64,000 bases of DNA from Saprolegnia diclina VS20 (taxonomy: Eukaryota). A model generated the notes under the pieces. That model worked only from the letters and a program-made list of their open reading frames with translations. It searched no databases and was not told where the DNA came from. Position 1 is the stretch's first letter. Each line of letters starts with the position of its first letter. The stretch is from assembly GCF_000281045.1 (NCBI RefSeq), contig NW_008246081.1, forward strand, positions 672,204 to 736,203, in the 5' to 3' direction. The translations under genes and the position numbers were made by a program. Below are positions 13,088-24,817 of the stretch, piece after piece.

Positions 13088-14280
13088 ATGGAGGGCGACG
13101 CGTTGGCGACAAACGACCTCCTCGATGCGGCGATCGTCAACAGCATCCTCGCGCCCGCGCCGTCGAGTGAGCCAATGCACTACCAGCAGCGCCAAAAGCT
13201 CGAGCTCGCGTACCTCCGGCAACAAGCCGCCGACTTGAAGCTCCAGCTCGACGCGCTTACCAACACCAAGGCACTGCAAGTGGAGAGTAGCGGCAACCAT
13301 TGGGAAAAAGTCGCGCGCAACCAAAAACTGGCATCGGAAATGGCGACACTTGAGAACGCCCGCCTCAAACGGGTCATGGAAGACCAGATCACGCTGGCAT
13401 CAGCCCTCGAAAAAGTGCTGGCCAAGCGCCCGCGGCTCGCGGTACCCTTTCGCTGTAGCTACCGCCCAAACCGTCGCATGTTTGCTCTTTGTCTAGGCAA
13501 CGCCGACGATGGACATGGCTGACTGGAAGCTGCGCCGCCTCCCGACAGATCCCACGCGCCGCGCCACGGCCTTTCACGCGATCGTGGACGATGCGTACCA
13601 AGCCCTCGAAACAATGTATGTGCGAAGTGGTATCTGGGACGACCCACCGGGGCACCGGTCACTGGGGATCTCGGAAGACAATGACATGATTCTCGTCTCC
13701 ATCAAAAGCGTGGTCAACGTCATTGGACCGTATTTGGAGGTTGGCGACCGCTTCTGGTCCGTCTGGAATGCGTCTGGCGCACCCACGTCACACCACTTGC
13801 GCCTCGAGGTGAGTCGTCCATTCAGAATGTGATTTCTGATACCTCGTAGATTGTGGACCGGTTTGGTGAGAACGGCGTCTATGTTCGCATGAGCGTTAGC
13901 CTCGATGCGACGATGCCGTGCATGTATCTCATGTACGCGATCAAGCGCTACGTGCTTGGCGACCGCGTCATTATCGTCCAGAAAACCATCCTCGACGACG
14001 AGTCGCATCCTGTGCCCCCCGGCGTTCTCGTCGGCAACTACTCGGCGTGGTACGAAGCCTATCAACCGAGTGTATATTCTATACTCGGGTTTGTGTTTGT
14101 AGTATGGTTGCCCAAGCGATCGGACCCGATTTAACGTCGCGTCGCGTCGTCGTCCAGGGTAAATTGCCTGCCCAACCCCCGATGGAGAACCCTTTGCGCC
14201 ACCAAAACCTCCACGTGAGCGACGCCGTCCTCAAGATGGTCCGCCTTGTCTTTGACACGCTCGAGCAACTCTTTAGCTAA
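13088..14280 (+). CDS. M96-like bZIP/coiled-coil family protein, copy 8 (4 exons)
   Basis: MEGDALAT...HYQQRQKLELAYLR...HWEKVARNQKL...KRPRLA; ORF pieces 13509-13832, 13853-14134; ends TLEQLFS*. Confidence 0.85.
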
Positions 14281-14952
14281 GCGTATAACCCCTGCGTGCG
14301 TCTCTGTTGTGTTGACATTTGGGCTGAACGCATTTGGAAGGGGTGTAGTGCAGTGAAGGCGTTGATGGGGTCGTGTCTGCTTGTGCGTTCGTTGTTGACG
14401 CTCAAGTCGCGTCCAATAGTATTGCGTCGCGCCGATTATATTAATTACTACACAACACCAAGGGTCAATAACCCTCGACCAACACGATGCATCTAACTTT
14501 GTAGGAGGAATAGTTCCGGTGCGCAGTCAAAGTCGTCCAGATCGCCCCACGACGAGCAAAACGCAGAGCTTGCCGCGGATTTATGACAGCTACATACATG
14601 TACCTGCACGTCATATAAATGCGATGCATTGCAGTCGACTGTTCTCCGCGTTTGGTCCTGCGTTTACTCACAGGTGACAGGCGCATGAGTGGCCAGCGCT
14701 GCCTGGCGTTCGTCCGGACAGCAACCAAGACAACGCGCACGTGGTCGCATCCAGTCGAACCACAGCAGCCACAGCGAGGTGTTTTGTCAGCGTCTGGGCA
14801 AAGTTTCTTGGTTTGGTTGGACGAGTTGAAACGGCATGTAAACTGAACGCCGCTCCTCGCGCCACGTCATGCGCCGATCTGCCACGCCGAGACGCTCGCG
14901 GATCGAAACGTGCAGCCAATCAGGGCGCGTCAAAGTAGTGGCACTCCGCCAT

Positions 14953-16145
14953 ATGGACATGAGCGCTGGCCTGGACGCGATGGATGCGGCGATCATGGAG
15001 AGCCTCATGGACGAAGGTCGCCCGTCCGAGCACTACCAGAAGCGCCAGAAGGTCGAGATGGCGGCGCTGCGCACCCAAGTCGCCAGCTTGAGCGCGACCC
15101 TCGCGTTGCTCGTCGAGGCCAAGCGGCTGCAAGTTCAGCGCAGTACCGACGGCTGGGAAAAGGTCGCCCGGCGCCAAAAGCTCGAGGTCGAGAGTGCATT
15201 GTTCGACTCCACGCGGCTCCGTCGCGCGGTCCACGAGCAGCGACAACTTATAGCGACGCTCGAGCGCTTGCTTGTCAAGCACCGTCGCGCAGTGGTACAT
15301 TGTCAGCTCGGCGTACCTCTAGCGACCTTTGTTTGCGTAGCCGCCGGAGCGTCTTCCCCTCGAGAGTTGGCAGCTACGGTGCATGCCCCGTGAGACGCAG
15401 AAGCGCGCCGAGACCCTCCACGCGCTCTTGGACGATTCCTTTCGGAGCCGGGAGGCCATGGACATTCGGACGCAGCTCTTCGAGCACCCGATCGGGCACC
15501 GACACTTGTCGATCACGAGCGAGACAAGTGACGTGGCCGCCGTGACGTACGTCAGCACGACCTTTGTCGCTGCCGACTACGAAGCGCTCAGCGAAGCGAT
15601 TTGGTCGAATTGGAATGTGGCGTGCCACGCGTCATGCGGTACCAGTGCCGAGGTAGCCTGTCTTTTCCCTAAATGTCGTCTGCGCGTGCATTGACGATGA
15701 CCGACCAGACTGCGTGCGAAGACTTCGGCCCCGACAGTGTCTACTGCCACCTTGAAACCGGTTTTGTCGAGGCGACGCCGACGCTCTTTGCGCTCGCAGG
15801 TCTCAAGCGGTATGTGGAGCCTGGGCGCGTCACGATCGTGCTGAAAACGATGCTGAGCGACGAGCGCCACCCGACCCCACCGCACCTCATCCTTGTCAAC
15901 GAAACGCAAAGGTAGAGACGGCGACTCGCAGCGTTCGCTCAGGATATAACTTTGGTAGCATCGTCGTCGAGCCGGTCAAAGGAGGCGCACTCCGACATAT
16001 CGCAGTCGAAGGTCGCTATCCGCTCGAGCTACCGCCATCCAGTGCACTCTGCGCCTTGAACCTTCCTGCGATCGATGCCATTGCGTTCGTCGTCGAAAAC
16101 GGGTTCCGGACCCTCGAGGACAAGACGTCGTCGCTGACACTATGA
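14953..16145 (+). CDS. M96-like bZIP/coiled-coil family protein, copy 9 (most divergent; 4 exons)
   Basis: MDMSAGLDAMDAAIMESL...HYQKRQKVEMAALR...WEKVARRQKL; last exon from ~15959 IVVEPVKGG...VEGRYPLELP...TSSLTL* (TGA 16143-16145). Confidence 0.8.
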
Positions 16146-16334
16146 ATCTTATTCCACGTACAGTAACTTATATAGATCTTACGTCAAAGACGCCAGACAC
16201 CTAGTGCCGTCACCGCATACCGGTACACATATATGGGTCGGTGAGCTGGGTCGGTGTGTCTTGGGGTTTGCACTCGATGTACCAAGCGTCGGCGGCGTCT
16301 TTGCAAACGCTCAAGGGACACGTCGGTTAAGTGC

Positions 16335-17563
16335 TTAGCTCAAGAGAAACTCGAGCGTGTCAAAGACGGGTCGTACGATCTTGAGCACGACTTCGCCAAT
16401 GGTGGTGGGCACGCCACGAAGAGGGCTCTCGTCTGGGAGCTGGGTCGAGATCTTGCCCGCGACCACCATGCGGCGAATGGAGTGGTTGTCACCGGCCGCC
16501 TCGACGACGATGCTAGAATATCGCACGGGTGGTATCGCAAGAGTTGGTACGTCGTACCTCGCCGTGTGGTTGCCAATAAGCAAGCCACGTGGCCACGGGT
16601 AGCTTTCGTCGTCCAGAATGGTCTTGAGGACAAAGATGACGCGGTTGTCCTGGACGAAGCGCTTGATGGCGTAGAGCATGCCAATGCATGGCATGCCTTC
16701 GTCCATGGAGGCTGTGACGCGACAGTACACCGTGTCGTCGCCAACCATTTGCAGGCGCTACCGGTTGTTGGGAGTGGTCGCCGATAGTAGGCACTCGAGT
16801 TGTACTACCTCGTAGCGAGCAAACGCGAGCTGGAGGCCGTCGCTGGTCGCCCAGAACGACCATACGTTGTTGCTCGCGTCCATAAAGGTGTGGGGCAAGG
16901 CCGCCACGCTCTCGACGGCCACGCAAAGCGTATCATCGACTTCGGTGACGCTCAGCGAGCGGTGCCCCGGTGCAGCGTCGAGAATTCGGGACCGCACAAA
17001 GAGCGACTCGACGTTCTCGTAAGCGTCGGTTAGGATCGCGTCCAAGGCGGCGGCGCGCGCAGCAGGCTCGGACGGCAGACGCCGTAGCTTCCAGTCGGCC
17101 GTGTCGGCTACCGCCATAACCTATGTATACACCCGTATGAACGCTTCATGATGCAGTAGTAGCACGTGATACGACGCACCGCGAGGCGGGGGCGCTTGAC
17201 AAGCAGCTTGTCGAGCGCGGTGGCCAAATGCAGCTGATCTTCGAGCGACCGCTTGAGCCGCGCGTTCTCCATCGTCGCTTGCTGCGCCGCCATCTTTTGG
17301 TTTTGCGCAACACGCTCCCAGCGCGTGCTGCAGTTCTGGAGCTTGGATGCGTTGTCGTTCGTAAGGGCGGCGAGGTGTGCGCTGAGCTCGGCCACTTGCT
17401 TGCGCAGGTAGACAAGCTCGTCCTTCTGCCGCTTCCGCACGCGCCTGGGACACGGCTCGTCGAGGAGGCTGTCCATGATGGCGGCGTCGATCAAGGGCTC
17501 GTCATCGTCGTCGGTCAAGGGTGCGAGGAGCGAGGCTTCATCTTCATTGCTGTCGTCGGTCAT
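16335..17563 (-). CDS. M96-like bZIP/coiled-coil family protein, copy 10 (4 exons)
   Basis: MTDDSNEDE...RKRQKDELVYLRKQV...WERVAQNQK...LLVKRPRLA; ORF pieces 16758-17117 and 16335-16748. Confidence 0.85.
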
Positions 17564-18101
17564 GTCGTCGAGAATTATTGGCTGAAAAGCCAGTCTTTTG
17601 GCCAATGCGGGCGCTGGATGCGTGTATAACGTGGCAGCCGGAGGGCACAGAGAAAGGTCGAGAGAAGCAGAAAGAAGAAATCAGACATGGGCATCGTGTG
17701 GGCGCGGGGCAAGGAAGCTGCGCACGATGGTACACGTGCAAGTATTAGACTACTTTGAGGTTCGCAGCGAAAGACACGAGTGGCGTTGAGAAGGCAGCCA
17801 GCTCGAAGGCAGCCAGCTCGAAATCAGCTCGCACTGCACTCACAGGCGTGTGGTAGCGGTTTGCCTCGGAGCCTTGCACGAAGCTCGCCGACGTTTTTTC
17901 GACGACCAACTTGACTTCTTGCGCAAGGGACAGGGCCCACCCTCTCGTCTTGACCACGACCTCTTGTTGCCGTCGGGTCGAGGCGTTCGAGTCGACAGCG
18001 CAACGCGTCGGCCAACAACGTCTTGCGCTCGACGGGCGAAAATTCACTCATGTGTCCTTGGAAATGTGTACAAAATGAGATTGAAAAAGGCTTGACGATG
18101 T

Positions 18102-19365
18102 TTAAACGATCAAGCTCTCGATCGCGTCAAAGGTTGGAGATATTTGGTGCAAGATAAAGTCGCAGATCAAGTGGCTCGGGTTCGACGACAGCGGGCTTTG
18201 CTTGGGCGGCTCGACAGGTAGCTGCCCGAGCATGTGCATGCGTCGGCAGGTCCACATTTCATCGACAGCTTCAATGATGATCCTAGTCATTTGAAGGCTC
18301 AGCACGTCGTTTCAAATCGGAATGAAATGCGTACGCGGCCGTGTGGTTGCCAATGTACAGGCCTGGCACCGGCGGGTACCGCTGGTCCTCAAGCACCGTC
18401 TTGAAGACAAGCACGACGCGGTTCTTCTCGTAATAGCGCTTGACGCCCCAGAGCAGCTGCGAGTACGGGTTCTTCTGCGGCATGAGGGCGCGGTGTCGAA
18501 AGTAGATGCCGTCAGTGCCAAAGTGTTCGAGCACCTAGCCACAGTCTCGAGATAGCCCACGTATATGTGGACGTACTTGGAGGTGGGCGTTGGGGAGGTT
18601 GAGGTATTCGTGCTCGCTCAGGAGCGACCAAAAGTTTTGGCTGCACGTTAAATAGTTGCTCGCGATCTGGCGGACGCTCTGGACGTCAATCACGATCGCG
18701 TCGTCCGTCTCGTTGGCCGACACGTCGAGCGACCGGAGGTGGTCCATCGAGTCGTACAGCCCTTTTTGAAGAAAGTTCGTGTCGACGTGGTCGTACGCGT
18801 CATTTAGCATCGCGTGGAAGCTCGCCTCGCGCGCACTCGGCTCCATCGGCAGCTTGCGCAGCTTCCAGTCGATGACGTCCATGGTCGGAAACGTCTACCA
18901 AAATACATATGAGCTGCATACTCTCATCGCCGCAAGTACCGCAAGGCGAGGGCGCTTGACGAGAAGCTGGTCGAGCGCTTCAGCGAGCTTGAGCTGATCT
19001 TCAAGGGCGCGTTTGAGCCGCGCGTTCTCGAGCGCCGCCTTTTGCGACCCGAGCTTTTGCGTGCGGGCGACCTTTTCCCAGTGCGAGCACTGGTCGGCCT
19101 CGAGCGTCTTCATGGTCGTGATCACCGACAGCTTGGAGCTCAGCTCCTGGACTTGGTCGTGGAGGTACTTGCGCTCGTCCTTTTGCCGCTTGCGGTAGTA
19201 GTGCTGCGTCTTGACAATCTTGGCCGCCGGCGCGTCGTCGCTCTTGACGGACGGCGTCGGTGATGTGGACGCCAAGCCCGCGTCGTCGAGAAGCGCCGCG
19301 ATCTCGTTGATCATCTTAAGGTCCTCGGGCGACGGGAGAGTCGTCGCGACGTCCGTGTCTGTCAT
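18102..19365 (-). CDS. M96-like bZIP/coiled-coil family protein, copy 11 (4 exons)
   Basis: MTDTDVAT...YYRKRQKDERKYLHDQV...HWEKVARTQKL...LLVKRPRLA; ORF pieces 18535-18882, 18283-18534, 18102-18305. Confidence 0.85.
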
Positions 19366-19428
19366 TCTCGGCCAATCTGCTTCTGGCGCTCTATACGATA
19401 GGAACACAAAGGTGCGACAACCCGAGGT

Positions 19429-19443
19429 CGCGTTTGATTGGCC
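19429..19443. promoter_or_regulatory. CCAAT-box composite element CGCGTTTGATTGGCC
   Basis: Identical 15-mer at 20402-20416; lies 64 nt upstream of the copy-11 ATG. Confidence 0.5.
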
Positions 19444-20401
19444 GCCTCGCGCGACGCCCTGGATTACCCGCCCGCTGGCTGGCCGTACCGAGTGTGGCTG
19501 CTGGTCCTGTAAGGGCAACGACGAGTAGGATGCTACGTGTGCCTGCTCGACACCCACGCCGCGTCCAAGGGACGTCCCTGCCACGGCTCGACCGCGCATG
19601 TCGCCGCGCCCTGATTGGGTCGTTTGAAATTGCCCTTTCCTACAAGCCGCAAGCGACTTCACTTTCTTTCGGAGCCGTCACAACCCACGACTGAGACAGC
19701 GACAGCAGCCACGGCCGCCACACGCCCAGAGCTCGCTTCCAGTTGAGAACGAGCGACGTTCGCGCGCTACGTGTACTGTTCCAGTCCGTCTTTCGGTGCC
19801 ACTTTCGCGTCTTTGTCCCGCCGAATCTTGGCTTCAAGCGGCAGACGAATGTGGACAAAAGAAAGAAATGCAAGATGGGCGAGCATCATGATGTAGTAAT
19901 TGCGCATACACAGCCAGTTGAACACAAATAGGAGAGAACCGAACTGCCTTGTTGCAACCTGACGGCGAATGTACGGGGGTATGTATGGTACCGCATTGCC
20001 AGTCCACCGTAGTCCACCATTGCCCGTTGCTGTTCCAGCGCTGATCACATATGCATCCAAACCGGTCCCAACACCGAGACGAACGAGCGGGAATACCGTT
20101 CAACTCCACGGTGTTACCGCGGTGCAACCGACTGCATAGCCCAATGCACGTTGTCGGACGCTTGGAGGAGCGAAAAGACCGATCCCCGCAAAGAAGAAGA
20201 AACCGGGCCGCTGGTCCAACTCTCTAGCGCAACAAGCTCGTGCAACGCTAGTAGACACAAAATGGCCTTGTTTGAGTGTACTACATGAAATTTTATCATT
20301 CAAGCTACTCGACTAGAGTTTCGGAGTGAGAATTCCTCGTTTGTGGGCGAAAAGATCCACGCTGGACAACGCTCCGTGTGCTGCTTCGTCTGGCGAATAC
20401 G

Positions 20402-20416
20402 CGCGTTTGATTGGCC
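20402..20416. promoter_or_regulatory. CCAAT-box composite element CGCGTTTGATTGGCC
   Basis: Identical to 19429-19443; ~155 nt upstream of the RNASEK-like ATG. Confidence 0.5.
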
Positions 20417-20571
20417 AAAATCTACGCAAAAGATTGTGAACCAGCTGCATATTGCGTCGGCCGCGCCCACGGCATACAAAACGCAAGTCAAAACCACCAT
20501 TCAAGGCGCCCGTCGTCGCCAAATTCAGTGTTCGATATTCGCACGAAGAAGAAAGAAGAAGAGACTGCGCG

Positions 20572-21113
20572 ATGGGTACGACCGGCCATCGACCATCGAC
20601 CATCGACCGGCCGCCATGGAGCGCGATGGAGGCTCATGCGCAATGATGCGTAGGCTACCTCTGTTGCAGCATCTTCTCCTTCGCGGGCGCCATTTTCCTC
20701 GTACGCTTCCAACGCGAGCGCGATGAGATCTTAGTGTATCTTGTAGCTCTGCCTCGGCGCGCTCCTGCGCCTTCAGCCGCGCTTCATCCCAAAGGTCAAG
20801 ACGCCGCAGTCGTCGTCAGATTCGTGCTTCATCTCGGGTAGGCCATTGCGATGTGTCGAGGATGTTGGTGGCTCATTGTCGTTGGTTTGTGGCTCTAGCC
20901 GGCGTCTATGGCGTGCTCTGGATTGTGTGCATCGTTCTGTGGCGGCGGCAGCTCGCGCGCCTTCGATGTGCGAGCCTGAAAGAGCCGCTGCCGTCCGAGC
21001 TCTTTGGCACGACCATGTCGTACCACGACTGGGACGACCCGCTCGAAGAAGTCGCGCCGCTCGTCGACAAGCCCAAGCAGCGACTCAAGCTGTCGTCCAT
21101 CCAGCACGCATAA
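20572..21113 (+). CDS. RNASEK / V-ATPase subunit f-like two-TM protein (4 exons)
   Basis: Spliced: MG|YLCCSIFSFAGAIFL|LCLGALLRLQPRFIPKVKTPQSSSDSCFIS|AGVYGVLWIVCIVLWRR...; CFISAGVY resembles the RNASEK CFIAAGLY motif; two hydrophobic helices. Confidence 0.6.
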
Positions 21114-21284
21114 ACTCGATACGAGCCTACTACCACCTCCAATTCACCCTTATTAGTCCAATATGCCGTGTACAGCACCCGCTCAACGCCTGCAACTGCC
21201 ACGACGACTCTGTCGCGTCCTCCACCACCCAGACACGTGGAAGGTGCAGCGCCTCGGTGCAGAGGCAGACGCATAACGTAGTGA

Positions 21285-22478
21285 TTAATGGGCCGCATCA
21301 CGCGCATCCATGAAGGCGTCGATCGCGCTGCGAATCTCTCTACGCTCGCCACACATGAGCAACAACATACATGAAGCATGCAACGTACTCGATCTGAAGA
21401 AGCGTGTCCATGAGGCCGTGGATCAGGCGCTTCTCAAAGGGCACGGACTGGATCGCCGGCGGCTGCGGGTCCTGCATCCACGCGGTGAAGAGCACGAGCG
21501 GGCCTTGCAGCTCCAGGAAATGCGCCAGCGCCGTCGCACGCGCACTCGCCGTCTTGGGGATCGTCTAGAGTGCACAGGTTGTCGACGATCCCGACGATTC
21601 TACGAGTGCGTACCGTCGCATAGGTGTACGAGGAGCGGGGAAAGCTGTCCGAGTCGCGCGTCCTACACATGATACCCGTGGGCGTCTTCTCTCGACTCTG
21701 TGCGTACCAGCATTCGTCGTCACGAAGCAGCGCAAATAGCACAATGATGGCCTTGACGTACGCGGTTTGGCTCGCGGGGTGCTACTCGATAAGTAGCATT
21801 AGCCCAACAACGAGACGCCGAAGCAGCCAAACCTGCACGAGGTTGATGCTCGTGAACCAGCCCGGCAGCACGGGGCCCGTGAGCCCAATGCTTTTGGCGA
21901 CAGCCAAAAGCGATTCGTCCGTGATCTCCTTGGCGTTCGGGCTCCACGTCAGCGTCTCGAGGCACGACCGGACCCTAGTCCATCAATCCATACTGTCGAG
22001 CGAGGTTGTCACATGTAGCGACGACGACGTACAGGTCGTAGACTGCCGGCGCCTCGGGCATCGGCACCGCCATCTCTTGCATCGTGCTCATGATCATGCA
22101 CTCGTACTTGTGCATGTTCCACGCCTTCTTTTGGCACTCCTTGCCGCAGAAGAGTGCGGTTTTGCACTTGCTGCACGTCTACCGAGTCGACGTCGTTGGT
22201 CGCCGCCTCGTGAAGTAAGCGCGAGTACTACCTTGAGCGCAACGTTGTTGGCGTTCGTCTTGCAGCCCATGCAGCCCGACTTGATGTTCCAGACTTCGCC
22301 GCCAAACTCTTGCTACAGGCGCGATGAGCCAAGCCGCCGATGAAGATGCCACGTACGAGATGGTCAATGAGGCGCTGCTCCGCTTCTTCCTTGCCCTTGG
22401 CACACACGTCGTCGTAGGTCTGCGCGCTGCCGAGTCGTCGTTAGCGCCATGCTCGCAGGTTGGCGCCTCGTACCTCAT
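21285..22478 (-). CDS. MYND-type zinc finger protein (multi-exon)
   Basis: Spliced: MSAQTYDDVCAK...GCMGCKTNANNVALK|TCSKCKTALFCGKECQKKAWNMHKYEC = MYND pattern; later exons join in frame to ...DARDAAH*. Confidence 0.8.
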
Positions 22479-23118
22479 ACTCGATCTCAAAAACCAATCA
22501 AGCGCGTTGAACTGTGTCATTGGCCATCATTCACGTACACCGGGGTATACTCTATAGGTGGCATATGCCACATTGGAGGACGTGCGGCGACGATGGGACG
22601 AAGGAGATTCGACGCGGCCGAGGCGCCACGGCAAAGACCAAGTAAGCTTAGAACGAATCTCGGCAAGAGGAGGTTGATATGTCATGCGAAGACGGGTCTC
22701 GTCGACAGCCCGCAAGCCCGCCGCAGGATGCCGCAGCCGTCACGGTAGCGATTTTAAGCCAATCCTGCATGGGCATAGTGGCTCAAGAGCTTTCAATTGG
22801 CTAATATGTAGAATTTCCGTGGTTTGGACCAATCCAAATGCTTCATTAATTTCGGCATCGGGGAACGCCGTGTACCGAGCCCCGTGCAGAGCTTCCGTGC
22901 AGCATCTTGCCAGGAGGAGTGCGATCTCGCTGACATACTCGACGTCACTTGAGCGCGCCCATGGATGCACGGCGCGCTGATCACAAAGCTACTTGAAGCA
23001 GAAGAAATGGGATCGGGCTGTTCCTATTTTCGGCATTTACAACGTGGCATGTGACGCGTTTATGGGCATGCCGAAACGAGCAACTTCGAACCGACAGTCA
23101 ACTTTTGGAAGGGGTGCA

Positions 23119-24190
23119 ATGGCGAGCAAGTTTAGCATGGTTGGGGGCTCCGGGCTCTTCGGCGCCGAGGACCACCTCGAGGCGCAGGACCGCATGGGCG
23201 CTGCCATGGAGCAGCTCAAGGTGCGCGAGGAGCATGAGAAGCAGCAGCGCCAGGTGGCCAAGGTCGCCGAGCAGCAGCAGCTGCTCTCGAACCTCGACGC
23301 CCAAGAGACGCAATTCATCCGCGAGACTGTCAAGCCCGAGCACTACGAGAACGACAGCCAGCATGCCCAGAAGACGAGCGCCGAAGAGGATGACGACGAC
23401 TTTGAAGATGACTTTGAAGATGATCCCGACTTTCTGCGGTGCCCTGCATATGCCCATATCCACGCTCATCCTCCTGTAGACTTCGCGAGCTCCGCATGAA
23501 GCAGCTGCAGGAGCAATACCGTGTCAAGCAAGAAAACCTCGCCAAGGGCCATGGCGACTACCGGTAGAACGCTCTTCGCCGATACGAGGACGAGACGTGG
23601 AACGTTGCGCTAGCGAGATCGTCCAGGACGAATTCCTCAAAGAAGTCACGTCAAGCCCGCGCGTCGTTGTCCATTTCTACCACCGCGACTTTGAACGCTG
23701 CAAGGTCATCGACATGGTACGCCTCCATGCGCCGCCGTATGCAGATAACCTCGGCGTAGCACATGGCCAAGATCGCCAAGCGCCACATTGAGTGCAAATT
23801 TCTCAAGCTGAACGCGGAGAAGGCGCCGTTCTTCGTGACAAAGCTCGTCGTGCGCGTGCTTCCGACGGTCATTTACTTTAAGGATGGTATTGCGTCGGAC
23901 GACCGCGTCGTGGGCTTTGAGGGGCTCGCGGACGGCCTCCGCGCCGGCAAGGAAGACGAGTTCCCGACCGTCAACGTACGTTGGTGCTGCTTTTGTGGCG
24001 CCTCACCACCCACCCGTAGCTGGCGCGTCGCTTGGCCAAGATTGGCGCGATCGACGTCGCTGACGACGAGGTCGAGCCGACCAGCTCGGTATGTCCATGG
24101 CCCTCTGAAGTTGACCCAACGAGCTCTGTGTAGGCGACGAAGTCGAGCATTCAAGTCGCATATCACTCGGGCTACGACTCGGACGAGTAG
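23119..24190 (+). CDS. TXNDC9: Phosducin-like / thioredoxin-domain-containing protein 9 (PhLP3 type)
   Basis: KGHGDYR|EIVQDEFLKEVTSSPRVVVHFYHRDFERCKVIDM|HMAKIAKRHIECKFLKLNAEKAPFFVTKLVVRVLPTVIYFKDG..DRVVGFEGL. Confidence 0.85.
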
Positions 24191-24222
24191 ACGCTGGCTG
24201 TTCGATTAGAGAGAGGAGATAA

Positions 24223-24817
24223 CTAAGCAAGACGAGATGTACTCTGCAGCAACTGGATCTGGTCGCGGATCCCATGCAGCTCGGACACCATCTTGTCCAC
24301 CGCCCCTTGTAGGTCAGGTGAAGATAGTGATGGATCATGTGGTGTTTGTACCTTTCGTCATTTGAAATTGAACCGCTCGCAGCGCCGGGAACTGAGCAGC
24401 ATGAACGTGCGCTTCCTGCCCCGCGCATTCGAGCAGCGCGATGGGCTCCGGACGACCGGCGTCAAGTGTGGGGTCCGACGTCACCAGCACGCGCCATTGG
24501 ACGTCGAGCATCTTTGGCAGCGACGGACACGCGCCCGATCGCGCGGCAATCTCTCGCCACATGGCTCGTCGCTGATCATGGAGAAGGTCGGCTACGAGCT
24601 GGCGAAGCTGCGCATTGCCAACGGCCTTGAGTGTCTGCTCGAGGTCGGACGTCGTCGACGGCGAGAGTGCGGCCAAGACCACATCATGAAGCTCGACTTG
24701 GGCGTCGGCCTCATGGAGAGACGCCATGTTGCCTACCTCGAGGACGCTTGAGAAGGCGCCTTCGAGAATGGCCTCGACGTCGGCAGCGGATTGGCACCGC
24801 AGGAGCAGCGCTTCCAT
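24223..24817 (-). CDS. COMM domain-containing protein (COMMD9-like)
   Basis: SLPKMLDVQWRV...EPIALLE...AVQFQMTK|GAVDKMVSELHGIRDQI matches the COMM domain pattern; one intron ~24351-24306. Confidence 0.7.

Noticed and set aside
21285..22478. Initially read as an RBR/IBR ubiquitin ligase from Cys clusters
   Set aside because: Spliced frame gives a MYND finger pattern instead
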